This document shows positions 1-12,788 of a DNA stretch of 64,000 nucleotides, piece after piece. Origin of the DNA: Eledone cirrhosa (lineage: Eukaryota); contig OZ024743.1 in NCBI GenBank assembly GCA_964016885.1, forward strand, positions 306,156,001 through 306,220,000, written 5' to 3'. The notes under the pieces are model-generated. The model was not told the DNA's origin, ran no database searches, and saw only the letters and a list, made by a program, of their open reading frames with translations. Both the position numbers and the translations under genes were made by a program. Position 1 is the stretch's first letter. Each line of letters starts with the position of its first letter.

Positions 1-810
1 TGCCGTAGTGTAAATATTTCGTTGGCTGTGCTGCGTTCGGTCGAAAACCACACTGTTAATCAACTAGCTTGGACTCGACAATCTCCCTGCATCTCTTTGC
101 CAGAGCTTAGCACAGACTTTACCAGGGACGGTAAACAAGGAGATCCATCTGTAATCTGAACACTCTCGCTTGTCTCCTTTTTGAAAATTTAGATTATCAC
201 TCCCGATCGCCATTGCTTTGATTCCTTTTCAGAGATTCAAGCCACCAAGAGCACACGAATTAGCCAGAGTAAACTCTATTTCAGGCTTTTAACATTGCGA
301 GTTCGATTTCATCTTCCCCAGCTGCCTTGCCACATTTCAGCACTTTTACTGCACTTATGATCTCAGCCTCTGAGAGATTAGTCATCGCTCCCAGATGCAC
401 ATCGTGTACATCAGAAGATTCTTTTGTGGTCGGGTTTAGAAGATGAGCAAAGTATTCTCTCCACTTCCCGAGGATGCACATCTCTGAGGAGAGGAGAATC
501 TCAGATGCGCTCTGGATTGCAGTTGCTGAGAAGGGCTTCTTATTACCTTTACTGTCTCTACTGCGATTCTCCGTGCTTGTTTGTACCGCAAGTCCAAGAA
601 TGAGGACTTATTTCCAACCAAGATTTGTAAGCCTCCTTCTTTGCTCGGATGGCATCTTTGACTTCTTTATTGAACCAGGCGGCCCTCATGCCATCCGGCG
701 CCACATCAGCGTCTTTCGCCCGCAGCATTTAATAGCTGAAGCAGAAACTGGTGAGGTGAACAATCTTCGCACTGGCTCAACGTCCTCGGTTTGCTCAGGG
801 AGTTCTCTGA
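1..810 (-). mobile_element. Degraded RTE-type LINE fragment (EN-RT linker and start of RT)
   Basis: ORF 281..481 reads KWREYFAHLLN...EIISAVKVLKCGKAAGEDEI, matching the LINE RT domain-0/1 pattern. Frameshifted FKK- and YTA-like remnants lie downstream. Confidence 0.75.
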
Positions 811-869
811 ATTCTGATGCAATAGTTTGTGTATGGATATATATGTATGTTAATGTATGTACATGATGT

Positions 870-870
870 A

Positions 871-964
<94 letters not shown>
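870..964. repeat. (TA)n microsatellite, representative of dozens of (TA)n, (CA)n, (GA)n and (TATG)n tracts
   Basis: Directly visible. These tracts are the source of the [12 protein letters not shown] pseudo-ORFs. Confidence 0.99.
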
Positions 965-967
<3 letters not shown>

Positions 968-985
968 ATGCTGCCAATAAAAAAC

Positions 986-1274
986 ACACGCACCTGTTGG
1001 TTTTCACTTCAATTTAATCTAATAGTATGGTTGATTATATATTGTCACACATTATGTGACCTCCTCAGTGGTTTTGTGTCTCTCATTTGTTGTGTCATTC
1101 CACCATCTTGTTTTTGTGTAGGATAAAACAAAGGAGAGACACTAAGTAAAACCTAGTCACTGAGGAGGTCACAGAATGTGTGACAATATATAATCAACCA
1201 TCCGGTTATCGAACCAGCCAGCCAACCAACCGAAAATTTATAATAAATTTAAGTGAAAACCAACAGGTGCGTGT
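986..1274. repeat. Fold-back inverted repeat, pLTR-like, between (TA)n tracts
   Basis: acacgcacctgttggttttcactt...gtgacctcctcagtg at about 986-1070 is mirrored at about 1158-1274. Confidence 0.85.
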
Positions 1275-1277
1275 ATT

Positions 1278-1327
<50 letters not shown>

Positions 1328-1545
1328 TATATATATGTATGTATGTATATATATGTATATATGTATGTATATATATGTGTATATATATGTATGTATATAT
1401 ATATGTATGTATATATATATATATATGTATATATGTATATGTATGTATGTACCTATGTATATATGTATGTATATATGTGTGTATGTGTATATATATATAT
1501 ATATATTTACATATACACACACACATATATATATATATTGTTATC

Positions 1546-1640
<95 letters not shown>

Positions 1641-1817
1641 ACATAAACAGAGAAAGCCTTAAGCGATACTCCGACCAACTCCATCTCACTCAACAAACAT
1701 TAGGATATACCTAAATATTATCCCAATTTAGTGTTTGGGGTGCTAACTAATCAGTATTGCGTGGATAGCTGGTTGTATTATTTTATATGAGACATTATTA
1801 AATAAATATCTCTTCCT

Positions 1818-1941
1818 TCCAGATGGCCGTTTCGTTATAAGATTTCTACAATTTGGAATAAATAATTTCCAGGTTATGTAGAAACTTGTATATAATCCAT
1901 AGTTTTAATCACAAGCGGGTTCTTATAAACTCATCAGTGGA
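1818..1941 (-). ncRNA. Type I hammerhead motif with long stem II (one stem III mismatch)
   Basis: Minus strand: TCCA-CTGATGA-GTTTATAAGA...TCTTATAAC-GAAA-CGGCCA-TC-TGGA. Confidence 0.65.
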
Positions 1942-2399
1942 TGCCCAAGTAATATCGATATAAGAATTATATCAACATTAATAGAATGGTGATGGTCTCC
2001 CTCAGCGCTCAGAAGAGACTGGTAGATTAGAAAATCCAGCAGTCCTCCCAAAGATAAAATACACGCTGTCCCCAAAGGGTAAAGGGAGGTCATCTTAAAA
2101 TAAAACAATATACACGCTGGTCATTTAAACCTGTTAGGTATTAACCACGTGTATAAGAACTCAATGTATATATATATATAAGGTATAACAAAATATCGTT
2201 ATAGGTAATCCAGTCAGAGGTTGTGAATACTCCGTATTCTGGATAGTTTTAGAGTATGGCTATGTTTGACTCAACAAGAGGTTTCCGTAGGTGGCGAATT
2301 TGTGAGTTCTCTTGAATTCCTATATAAGTTTATCTTGGAGTAATAATATTGCAAGAGTGAAGAATAACATGGTCAACAGTACAAAAAATGGTTTTATTT

Positions 2400-2515
2400 A
2401 CAGTATTAACAATTGTTTCACTGATTAAGTTGTCTAAAAATTCCTGAACACTTGAAGCTGTGCCACTCCATTTTAAATACGTTGTTAGCTTAACCAGATC
2501 ATCAGAAAGGACTGT
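2400..2515 (-). ncRNA. Hammerhead motif in the inverted 5' pLTR
   Basis: Reverse-complement copy of the motif at 5066-5181. Confidence 0.55.
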
Positions 2516-5065
2516 TAAAAATATGCTCAGCATTTATGTAAACCCACTTTTAATCTGAAAGATCATAAATGCAACTTCGAAACTGACCCTACTATTAGAT
2601 TAATATGCCCATCAAAATCTGATATAGGCAAAATTAGCAAGTATATACTACATAGAATAATACCACAAATTAAAGAAAAACTAATAATTAAGCTTTGGGG
2701 TAACACTAATGAAGCAATAGATTGGTTTAGCAAATTAGACAATAAGGAATCTCCCGACTTCATACAATTTGATATCAATGTCTACTACTCCTCTATTTCC
2801 CCAGTAACCTTAAATGTGCACAAAAAAATTCTGACCTATCACCAGATGAAATTAAAATAATACTAGCTGCTAGAATAACAATCATTAGGTTCGATAATAG
2901 TTACTGGGAAAGAAAAAATAGAGAAAATAACTTTGATATCACTATGGGATCGAACGATTCAGCTCAAGTAACGGACATTGTCGGAATATATATAGCACCT
3001 ATCTTGCATAAGGAATTTGATAACCTACAGGGAGGAATTTTTAAAGACGATACATTACTTTTAGCTAAAAACCTAAGTAATCAAAACTTGTAAAGATTAC
3101 GTAAAAAGATTAGAACCTTCTTCAATAAATTAGGCCTAAGCATCACTTTTGAACTCAACTCTAAAAAAGCTAACTTCTTAGATGTATCACTTAACCTAAA
3201 CACAGGACTAATAGAACCCTTCCATAAAAATAACGAAAATCTAGCTTACATTAGTTATAACTCAAATCACCCTCGCTCCATAATTAACTCCATAGCACAT
3301 AGTATATCCCTTAGAATTTCACGCTTATCTTCTAATCTAGAGATTTTTAACGAACACGCTAACTACTACAACATAGCTTTCCTTAAGGCAGGCCATAAAA
3401 GAGAGGCTCAAATACATACCAGATACAAACAATAACAACACACTTAACAGAAATAACACTATCTACACCTATAGAAACAACAAATCTAGGATTAAGCATA
3501 GAAATTAGCAACAAGCACCATAAATAATCGAACCGAATACTAATATAAGGACCACGAGAAACTATAGAAGATGCAGAGATAGAAAATATTTATGGTTCAA
3601 TCTAATATTTAACTCCTATTTAAAAACCAAACTACCTTCTACTTTCTTTAAATTCCAAATACCATAAAATCGTTAATAGAAATACTATCAAACTATCTTA
3701 CTCTACTGCTACCAACATAGAATCGCACATACATAAAATTAACTATAAAAGAATCTCTAATACAAATAGCCTGCAAACAAGCACCATAACACCAAATATA
3801 AAACACAAACACATAACAACCAAACACATGTCAGAACACACCACCACAATACATCAACAAACCCAATTCTCAGCCCATACATAACAACATACAAAGCCGT
3901 ATCGCGAAACCGGCACATAGGAAAGCATCAAAATCTAACTGTCATTTATCTGATAAATGCCCATTACAAAATAGATGCCAGGAGTCAAATATAGTGTACC
4001 TATGTACTATAAATTCAGGCAACTTAGCATGGCACTACATAGGTTCGACGGCGGGGGGAGTTCAAGAAAAGGTGGTATGTCCACAGACACTCTATAAATA
4101 ACCGAAAACTTATGAACATAACAGCGCTCACCAATAAAATCTGGCAGCTCAAAGACACAAACCAGGAATACAGAAATAGCTGGGTGAAGTTGTCAACGGC
4201 AATGGCCTATAGAATTGGCATGTCCCATTGTAGACTTTGCAATATGGAATTATTCCATATTTTAAAATATAACAAAATACTGCTTAACAGCAAAATTGAA
4301 CGAACAATTTTCTGTAAACATAAAACGGCGAGCAAATTCGATAATTTCAGCCAACTTAATTCATCCCATCTATTCCATAATTCAAATTGTACCACCTGAA
4401 TCTATTATAATAACCTATTATCATTATTATTATTATTGTCATCAACTGTCAGTGAACCAACATCATAACCTTTTATATTTTATATTTTCTCTCTTTCATT
4501 TTCTATCTTTCTATTTCTTTCCCTAAATTTAATTCATCTCTTACATTATATCTTATCGTATTATTTTCACTTCTAATATAACTTACAATTAATTAATTAA
4601 TTAATTAATTATTTAATTAATTTATTAATGTAACTAATACATACATGGATATATTTAACATTTTCATGTTTATACCATCATATCTCTATATTTTAACCAA
4701 CAACACCACAACTACTCTCAATAATCATACTGTTTACTTTTCTTCGCACACATATAACATTTTTTTATTTTTTTTTATCATATTTTGTATTGTTTTTTAT
4801 CATCCTCGTTGTAACTTGTTTATTATCATTTATTCATTTATTCTTGTTGTCTTTGTTGTTTTTCTCTCTGTTTTTTCTTTTTCTTTATCTTTTATCTTTT
4901 TTCTTCATCCTTTTCTCTTCTTTCATTTTTTTCTCTCTGTCTTTTTTCTCTATATCTTTTTCTTTTTTTTCTTTTTTCTCTCTTTTCTCTCTCTTTCTTT
5001 TTTTCTCTCTCTTTCTTTATTAATGATGTTGTAATTTGAATTCGTAAACGCTGAGCATATTTTTA

Positions 5066-5181
5066 ACAGTCCTTTCTGATGATCTGGTTAAGCTAACAAC
5101 GTATTTAAAATTGAGTGGCCCAGCTTCAAGTGTTCAGCAATTTTTAGACAACTCAATCAGTGAAACAATTGTTAATACTGT
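5066..5181 (+). ncRNA. Hammerhead motif in the 3' pLTR, about 80-nt stem II region
   Basis: ACAGTccttt-CTGATGA-tCTGGTT...AATCAGt-GAAAC-AATT-GTT-aatACTGT, followed by AATAAA. Confidence 0.55.
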
Positions 5182-5228
5182 AAATAAAACCTTTTTTGTA
5201 CTGTTGATCATGTTATTCTTCACTCTTG

Positions 5229-5293
<65 letters not shown>

Positions 5294-5361
5294 AAAATTA
5301 GGTTTTTCTTGGGGTTTTTTTAAATGAAAATGATCGAGATGTCCAACACGAGTGAAAGTAA

Positions 5362-5613
5362 AAGGAAAAGAAATCGAAAATGCAACTGGAGTCTTTTTAA
5401 GAATATGTATGTGTTCTCTTTACCGGTTTCACAGTTCTTATGCTTTCCAAAAGTAGAATTGAGATGGAGGATTTGTGGTTTTTTCCAGATGCGAGAAAAG
5501 CGACAAACCCTCCAAATCAATTCTACTTTTGAAAAGCATAAGAACTGTGAAACTGGTAAAAGGAACACATAAATATTCTTAAAAAGACTCCAGTTGCATT
5601 TTCGATTTCTCTT

Positions 5614-5617
<4 letters not shown>
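5362..5617. repeat. Fold-back palindrome (arms about 120 bp) between (TA)n tracts
   Basis: aaggaaaagaaatcgaaaatgcaactggagtc... is mirrored by ...gactccagttgcattttcgatttctcttcctt. The arms carry GAAAC(C/T)GGTA. Confidence 0.9.
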
Positions 5618-5699
<82 letters not shown>

Positions 5700-5702
<3 letters not shown>

Positions 5703-6395
5703 GAACACTGGAAGGTAATATCCGTAGTGGTAGAGCACTCAGTCCATGGGACGAGTTTGGTAGAAGTAGTAACACAACAGTTAGTTCACTATACAGAGGA
5801 CAATTCTTTCACCTTAAGCGGATCTTCAGCTCGGACTGGTCATGGATATACGGAACAGGAAGAACAACCATATGAAATCGCATGCGCAGAAACGGTCACT
5901 TCACCCTGGCGATACAAAACCACGGGCGAAAGGTGTAAGGGAGATAACTGCGAGTGTCCGGAATAATATGTTCGAGTTGATTAGAAAATTAGAATGTTGT
6001 TGTTATTCAATCTGGAGCTTTATAGTTATGCAAGAGGTGTTTCCAGACATGTGGACAACGTGAGAAGATTTGATTTCTTGAATTTAGGCAATCGCTATTG
6101 AGTAATCTCCTTAGAATATTTATCCTTTCTTCAATACACAGTCCACATGACGCCTTGCGTATGGCTTGGACTTAGTGATAGCTTTCCATTGAATGGAGTA
6201 ATCTATACCTGACTCTTTGAGGGACCATACGTGGCTCGCAAGCTTCGTGGATGATCGTTTGTCTGGGTACCTACAGGTCGACTGATGGTTCAGGAAGCGT
6301 TCCTTATATCGGCCCTCCACCATACCCACATAGGAGTTGACCTCTTGTGGTTGATTTGGTCGGTTGGAAGTGACTACAGCTTCATAAATTACAGC
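5700..6395 (-). mobile_element. 3' fragment of a Penelope-like element (GIY-YIG end plus pLTR)
   Basis: ORF 6120..6479: VIYEAVV...SYVG...KERFLNH...STKLASHVWSLKE, continuing after a frameshift as CGLCIEE...LNSRN...CPH. Confidence 0.85.
5796..5832 (-). ncRNA. Hammerhead motif in pLTR (one stem III mismatch)
   Basis: Minus strand: GAG-CTGAAGA-tCCgcttaaGGt-GAAA-GAATTG-TC-CTC. Confidence 0.6.
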
Positions 6396-6826
6396 GGGTA
6401 TATATCCCAGTACAACCTGTAGGTGACTAAAGCGGCAACCCCACCATGTTTGCTTGGTGCGGAGGGTGATTTGGGACACCCTGCGGGATGAAAAATAAAA
6501 CCAATAAAGATTTTTTTTATCTTCATTAAGACATCTCTCTAGAAGATCACTCTGATATAAAACCTGCGATTTCGTTTATATACAATGATGTAGGCCAGTT
6601 CTTCTTTTGGGGCAAATGCATTCGACGTTCAGAGAGTGGGATTGGCCCCATGCAAAGCCTTTTCTCATTTCATTTAAAAAAGCTTCAAGCACAGGCACTG
6701 CTTGGTATGTGACATTATTTGTAATGCATGATATTGTTGGCCAAACAGAACTAAAAGGCTACATTCGTGATGCTCATGCTTAAGTATCAAGCGATGGTAT
6801 TACTCGATCCCGAGTTGCAGCCATCA
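6396..6826 (+). mobile_element. Non-coding interspersed repeat (RTE 5'-UTR-like family), truncated copy
   Basis: Homologous to 8603-10613. Ends in gcagccatca plus (TATG)-like repeats. Confidence 0.7.
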
Positions 6827-6890
6827 CATATATATGTATGTATGTAAGTATATATATATAATTATACACACACACACACACACACACACA

Positions 6891-7030
<140 letters not shown>

Positions 7031-7150
7031 GGAACGAGTAGGACCCCGACGGCTGAGCTCAAGCCGTATCGACGGCTAATTCTGTCTACCCTAAGTATTG
7101 AGTACTTTGGTGCGTTATGGTCCACCTGGTTCCTTACCACATTTCCTTCG

Positions 7151-7211
<61 letters not shown>

Positions 7212-7398
7212 CAGGGAGTGTAACGTGAATTTACTGTAGGTTCATTACTACAGCAGACGTGCGACGAGCTTTTGATTCCAGAGTCGGGCCAGATCGCTAC
7301 AGATCGAACCTTGAGCTGATCAATAGCGAAACGCGCGTTACCAATCAATAAACGTAATGAAAGCTTAACAAATCGTCCTTTTATTATTATAATATATT

Positions 7399-7497
<99 letters not shown>

Positions 7498-8602
7498 AAG
7501 CAGTCATCCATTCATTGATTCTCAGAAAGTTAGTTGTATTATTGAAATCCTTCAAATCCTTGAATATTTTCCAAATCATAGGCGACGTTATTCACTAGAA
7601 ATATGGTAGCGAAAGCCGGCGGACACAATGTTAAATGTACTAACACGAAGGTTATCGAGAGAGGGGTGCTAAAGCGCCACTCATTGTGTCCTTCGGCAGG
7701 AGTTTTCTGGGTGTTATTAACTTCTGGTCTGTGTCGTATTCCCCTAGTCTGATGGTCTAATCAGTTTCACATTGACTCTACAGAGAACACACTGACGTTT
7801 GGATGTATCAACCATGGAGGTGGTGTGTAAAGCTATCTAGAATCTGAAGAATTACAAGACTCCAGTTCAGTGAAACGATGTATTTATGCAAGCTTTTGAC
7901 CACGGTCACCCTGACCGCTATGGCAAGCACCCTCTCACAGATGTCCTCCTACAGAACTACAGATAGACGGTCAGAGGGGCCCATTCACACGGGTCATTCT
8001 TGCCTCTCTCACCCACTTTTAACAAACTGGCTCTCCACGCCTAAGAGGAAAGTACTCGTCTTCAACCCTTTCAGACGTGTCCACCATACGACCTCTTGTA
8101 TCATTATGAAGGTGTTTGATCAAATGTCATTTGGTGCACATGCAAAACTCTGTTTGTCTCTATGTTCATATGTGTGCGTCTATATATGAGTGTGTATGTC
8201 TATATGCATGCGTTTATATACGTGTCAATATGTGTGTGTGTATTTAAGTGTGATCTTTGTGTGTGTTTATATGTACGTGTCTATATGTATGTGACTATTA
8301 GTATGTGTCTATACGTATGTGTCTATATGTGTGTGTCTATGTGTGTACATGTGTGTGTGTCTATATATGTGTGTTTACGTGTGCGTGTGTATATATGTGT
8401 GTTTACATGTGTGTGTCTATATGTATGTGTTTATATGCTTGTGATTATGTGTGTGTTTATTTGTGTGTGTGCCTATATATGAGTGTGTCTTTATACGTGT
8501 GTGCGCCTATATGTGTGTGTTTACATTTGTGTGTAATTATGTGTGTGTTTATATGTGTGTGTTTATATATATGTGTGTGTATATATGTATGTATATGTGT
8601 AT

Positions 8603-10613
8603 GTCAAGTCGCTCTCGAGTGCTGCTAGTAACATGTAACCCAGTACAACCTCATGGTTGTCTCATGGTCGGGTCGTCGGCGACTAAACCGGCAACCCCAC
8701 CAAGTTTGCTTGGTGAGGAGAGTGATATTTGGACACCCTGCAAGATGAAATACAAGACCCGGCAGAGTACGGAGGAACTCAGCAGAGTCAACAGCCATCC
8801 AAATAGTATGGGTTTTTTTTTACCTGGGAGTTAAAGGCCCCCAGTTGTTGTCACAACTCCTTTCTAGGAGAGGGAAACTCTAAAATTTAAAAAAAAAACC
8901 TGCGGCTTCTGAAGCATCCGATGCTGTTGACCAGTTCTATTTGGGTAGTGTTTTCGATGCTCAAAGAGTGGGATTGGTCAAGTGCAAGGCCTTTCCCCCA
9001 CTTAAAAAACATTCAAAGCCCAGGCGTTGCTAGTTCAGGATATGTTACCGGTTTGTGTGACTGGCCGTAGTCTAAAAGTGCACCAAACTCTATAATCCTC
9101 CAAGCAATTGCAGTACTCTTAGCAGAGTTTGCAGCCATCATATGTTTGTGTGTCTATATGTATGTATCTACATATATGAGTGTCTATCTGTATGTGCACA
9201 TGTGTACAATGTGTTTGTGTATGGGCGTGTGTATGTTAATGCTGAGTTCGTGTCTGCCTGTCCAATACCCTACCATGCTTTCCAGCATAGTTACGTCCCT
9301 TTACGATCTGAGTTCAAATCCCGCCGAGGTTAACTTTGCCTTTCTTCCTTACGAGGTCGATAAAATAAAGTACCAGTAATGTACTGGGTATTTGCTGGCC
9401 TTGTGCCAGATGTAGAAACAATTATGTAGTTATGTGTGTGTATGTATGTATGTATGTATCTATGTATGTATGTCAGGTCACTCTTGAGTGCTGCTGGTAA
9501 CATGTAACCCAGTACAACCTGTCGCATGGTCGGGTCGTGGGCGACTAAAGCGGCAACCCCACCAAGTTTACTTGGTGAGGAGGGCAATTTTGGACAACCT
9601 GCAGGACAAAAAACAAAACCAGACAAAGGGCAGAAGAACTCTTAAGAGTCAACGGCAATCCGAAAGCGTATAAATATGTATATAGACATGTACCACGCGG
9701 TTAAACCACTGGGAGTGAAGGACCCCTAGCCTTTGTCAGGGCATTCTTCTAGGAGAACTCAACTCAGGAAACTGGGATAACTCCGATATAAAACCTGCGG
9801 CTGATGATGTTGATCTTTTCTTCTTTTCGGGTTATAGCTACTGTCGCTCAGAGAGTGGGATTGGCTCAGTGCACAGTCTTTCCTCACTTAAAAAAATATC
9901 TTCACGCACAGGCATTGTACGATAGAATTAATTAATTATTATTAATAATGCTATATCGTGCAATGGCCATACACGATAACGAGGGGGCAGCCATCATGTA
10001 TGTATGCATGTACGTATGTATGTAGGTCACCAGTTGGTGCTACTGGTAACATGTATCCCAGTACAACTTGTCCCATGGTCGGGTCGTTGGCGACTTAACT
10101 GGCAACCCCACCAAGGTTTCTTGGTGAGGAGGGTGACTTTGGACATCCTGCAGAACTAAAAACAAAACCTGTCAAAGGGCAAAGGAGCTCTTAAGAGTCA
10201 ATGGCCATCCAAAATCACTGGGAGAGATGATCCCTTAGCCTTTGTCAAGGCAGAATTCTAGGAGAAGGAAAACTCTGATATAACACCTGCAACCCTGATG
10301 GTATCCAATGATGTTGACTTGTTCTCCTTTTTGGTTAAGAGAGTGGGACTGGCTTTGTGCAGTGCCTTTGCTCACTATAAAAGCTTCACGGCACAGGCAT
10401 TACTTTATGTCTGGAGATCTCTCTGCACTTGTCATCACATGCTACCATGGGCCCAGCACTATGTGTCAGTAATTGTCACAAGTGTAGTGTTTGTACCAGA
10501 GTTTTCAAGTCGCTGGCTGGACTAAAAAGTCACACTCGTTCAGCGCATCGGTAGGAGTTCTCCTACATGGATATAAAGTAGTGGCCGTACTCGAAAACGA
10601 GTTGGCAGCTACC
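8603..10613 (+). mobile_element. Three diverged copies of a 520-590-bp non-coding repeat (8603-9140, 9472-9996, 10022-10613)
   Basis: Shared head gtgct(g/a)ct(a/g)gtaacatgta.cccagtacaac, hairpin caccaag-loop-cttggtg and gagagtggga.tgg block. Tail is gcagccatca (gcagctacca in the third copy). (TATG)n spacers. Confidence 0.8.
9270..9424 (+). mobile_element. tRNA-derived SINE (5'-truncated)
   Basis: B-box gagttcaaatcc plus the family core actttgccttt..tcc...ggtcgataaaataaagtaccag. Confidence 0.85.
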
Positions 10614-11190
10614 ATTTTTAGAAGTATATGTATAAGTATGTATGAATGTTTGTATATATATATATCTATGTATGTATGCATGAATGTATGTATATATATA
10701 TTTATTTATATATGTACATATGTATGTACGTATATATGTGTGTAAGTATGTATGAATGTTTGTATATATATATATATATGTATGTATGTGTGTATATATT
10801 TATCTATATAGCTATGTATGCATGCATGAATGTTTGTATGTATGTATGAAATATGTACATATCCGGGTGTATATTCACACGCTGACGGACACACACACGC
10901 ACACACACACACACACACACACATGCACACAGAAATTTAAATATATGCATCTAACCAGCCTCCTCCTTTCTATATATACGTACGTATATATGTATATATG
11001 TGTGTGTAATGTGCGTGTGTGTAATGTGTGTGTGTATGTGTGTGTGTGTGTATATGTGTGTGTGTATATGTGTGTGTTTATAACTGTGTAATATAAGAAA
11101 TAGCGTCATAAATATAAGGCTACAAGTATTGATGTTGCGTGGTAAACATTCATTAAGGTCTATCAAATATCGAATGATTATCGAAATAGC

Positions 11191-11220
11191 TACACGCAGA
11201 CGACATAGGCCATACACTCA

Positions 11221-11273
<53 letters not shown>

Positions 11274-11361
11274 CACACACACATACGCACACGTACACAT
11301 GTATATAGGTACAGATCTATGCATATATATACACGCAGACGACATAGGCCATACACTCACT

Positions 11362-11444
<83 letters not shown>

Positions 11445-11510
11445 GCGCGCGCACACGTACACATCTATGCATATATATACACGCAGACGACATAGGCCAT
11501 ACACTCACTA
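11191..11510. repeat. Compound minisatellite: tacacgcagacgacataggccatacactcac x3 with (CA)n spacers
   Basis: Unit visible at about 11191, 11330 and 11478. Confidence 0.85.
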
Positions 11511-11686
11511 ACACACACATACACACACACACACACGTAAACACATATATACACGCATATATTGAGTATATATGATTCCAGTTCCTCAGTGAAATAACAA
11601 CCCAACCAGGAACTGGGCATATCAGAGTATTGACAAAGTTATACACCTCAACAACATGTGTACTCGTCTCTACTACACTAATTCGA

Positions 11687-11741
11687 ACTGCCTGAAGAGG
11701 TCACAGCCAAAGATGGCTGTCACCGAAATATATATAGCAGT
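11687..11741 (+). ncRNA. Canonical type I hammerhead in a solo pLTR-like module
   Basis: ACTGC-CTGAAGA-GGTcACAGCCA-aaga-TGGCTGTcACC-GAAAT-ATAT-ATA/GCAGT, then AATAAA. Predicted cut after 11736. Confidence 0.9.
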
Positions 11742-11904
11742 AATAAACGAAGCCAAATTTTAAACATTTGACTTATTTATTTTATTTTATTTTATATATG
11801 AGGGCGTATTTGCTTGCGTGTGTGTATATTTACATATATTATACGTATATATATATATATGTATATAATATATAAGATCAAAAGATGGTTAGAGGAGTTC
11901 CATG

Positions 11905-11975
11905 TATTTTATTATGCGCATTTCAAAAACAAACATCATCATGCATTAATATTTGTGTTTTCATCAGATAAAACA
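11905..11975 (-). ncRNA. Hammerhead in the 3' pLTR (sense to the ORF)
   Basis: Reverse complement of the motif at 15031-15101. Confidence 0.85.
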
Positions 11976-12788
11976 AGAGGACATGATATGAAGGCTAAAA
12001 AACACTTGTGGATAGTGTAGTTTTAAATCAACATATGAGAAGTAGTTTTAGATTGATGTGTGATATTGGGAAAAAAATATTTTATTTGGAGAGGGGGGGT
12101 GGAAAGGATGAAAAAAAGGGGAGGAGATGAGAGTGAAGGTGGAGAGGGAGAGGTGGGTGATAGAGAGAGAGAGATAGTTTTTATAAGTGAGAAAGATATA
12201 TTGTTTTACATAGAGAGGTTGAAAACCGTTGGAAGATAATGTATAAATTAAAAGAATTTGAAAATTAACGAAGGGAAAAATATGTACGAAGAAGGAGAGG
12301 GAGTTAATATGTATTGAGATTAAAAAGTTTGATGATAGAGAGAATAGAATAATGAATTGCGGATGAATATTCTAACGTCAAAAAAGTGTGTATGTTTACA
12401 AGTATTATGGAAATTTGAAAATTAACGAAGAGAAAAAAATTATTAAGGTTTGTGTATTGAAGGATTTGAGAAAAATAATGTGAAGTTAAGGTTTGTATAT
12501 TAAAGGAATTGATAATATGTGCGAAGAAAGAGTTAATATGTATTAAGAATGAGTTAGATGATGGGGAGAAAAAAATAATGAATTAAGGATGAATAATCTG
12601 GCGTCAAAACAAATGTATATGTTACGAAGGATTTTACAAGGTGAAAATAGAGTAAGGGTAATGAGTAAACAAGTATTATAGAGTGTATAATACCCTTTGA
12701 AATAAGGTAGGAAGATGGGTATATTTTAAAAGAGGTGTATGTATATGTGCCTTTGAGAAAAGATTCTAAATTGATAAAGAATTGAATA

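Larger units (their letters stand above)
2346..5233 (+). mobile_element. Degraded Penelope-like (Naiad-type) element with inverted pLTRs
   Basis: Broken plus-strand RT (RLICPSKSDIG, IQFDI..YYSSI, FDITMG) and GIY-YIG (IVY..YIGST, CRLCNMEL) at about 2560-4340. Segments 2346-2533 and 5048-5233 are inverted copies of each other. Confidence 0.9.

Noticed and set aside
1160-1195. Functional hammerhead (CTGAGGA plus hairpin)
   Set aside because: GAAA is missing and there is no stem I pairing in either arm.
7259-7341. Active hammerhead (GCGACGA...GAAACGCGCGTT)
   Set aside because: The first two core bases are mutated and stem I is only 2 bp. Counted only as a degenerate relic.
11191-11510. CRISPR-like repeat-spacer pattern
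   Set aside because: The spacers are (CA)n-derived, the context is eukaryotic and there are no cas genes.
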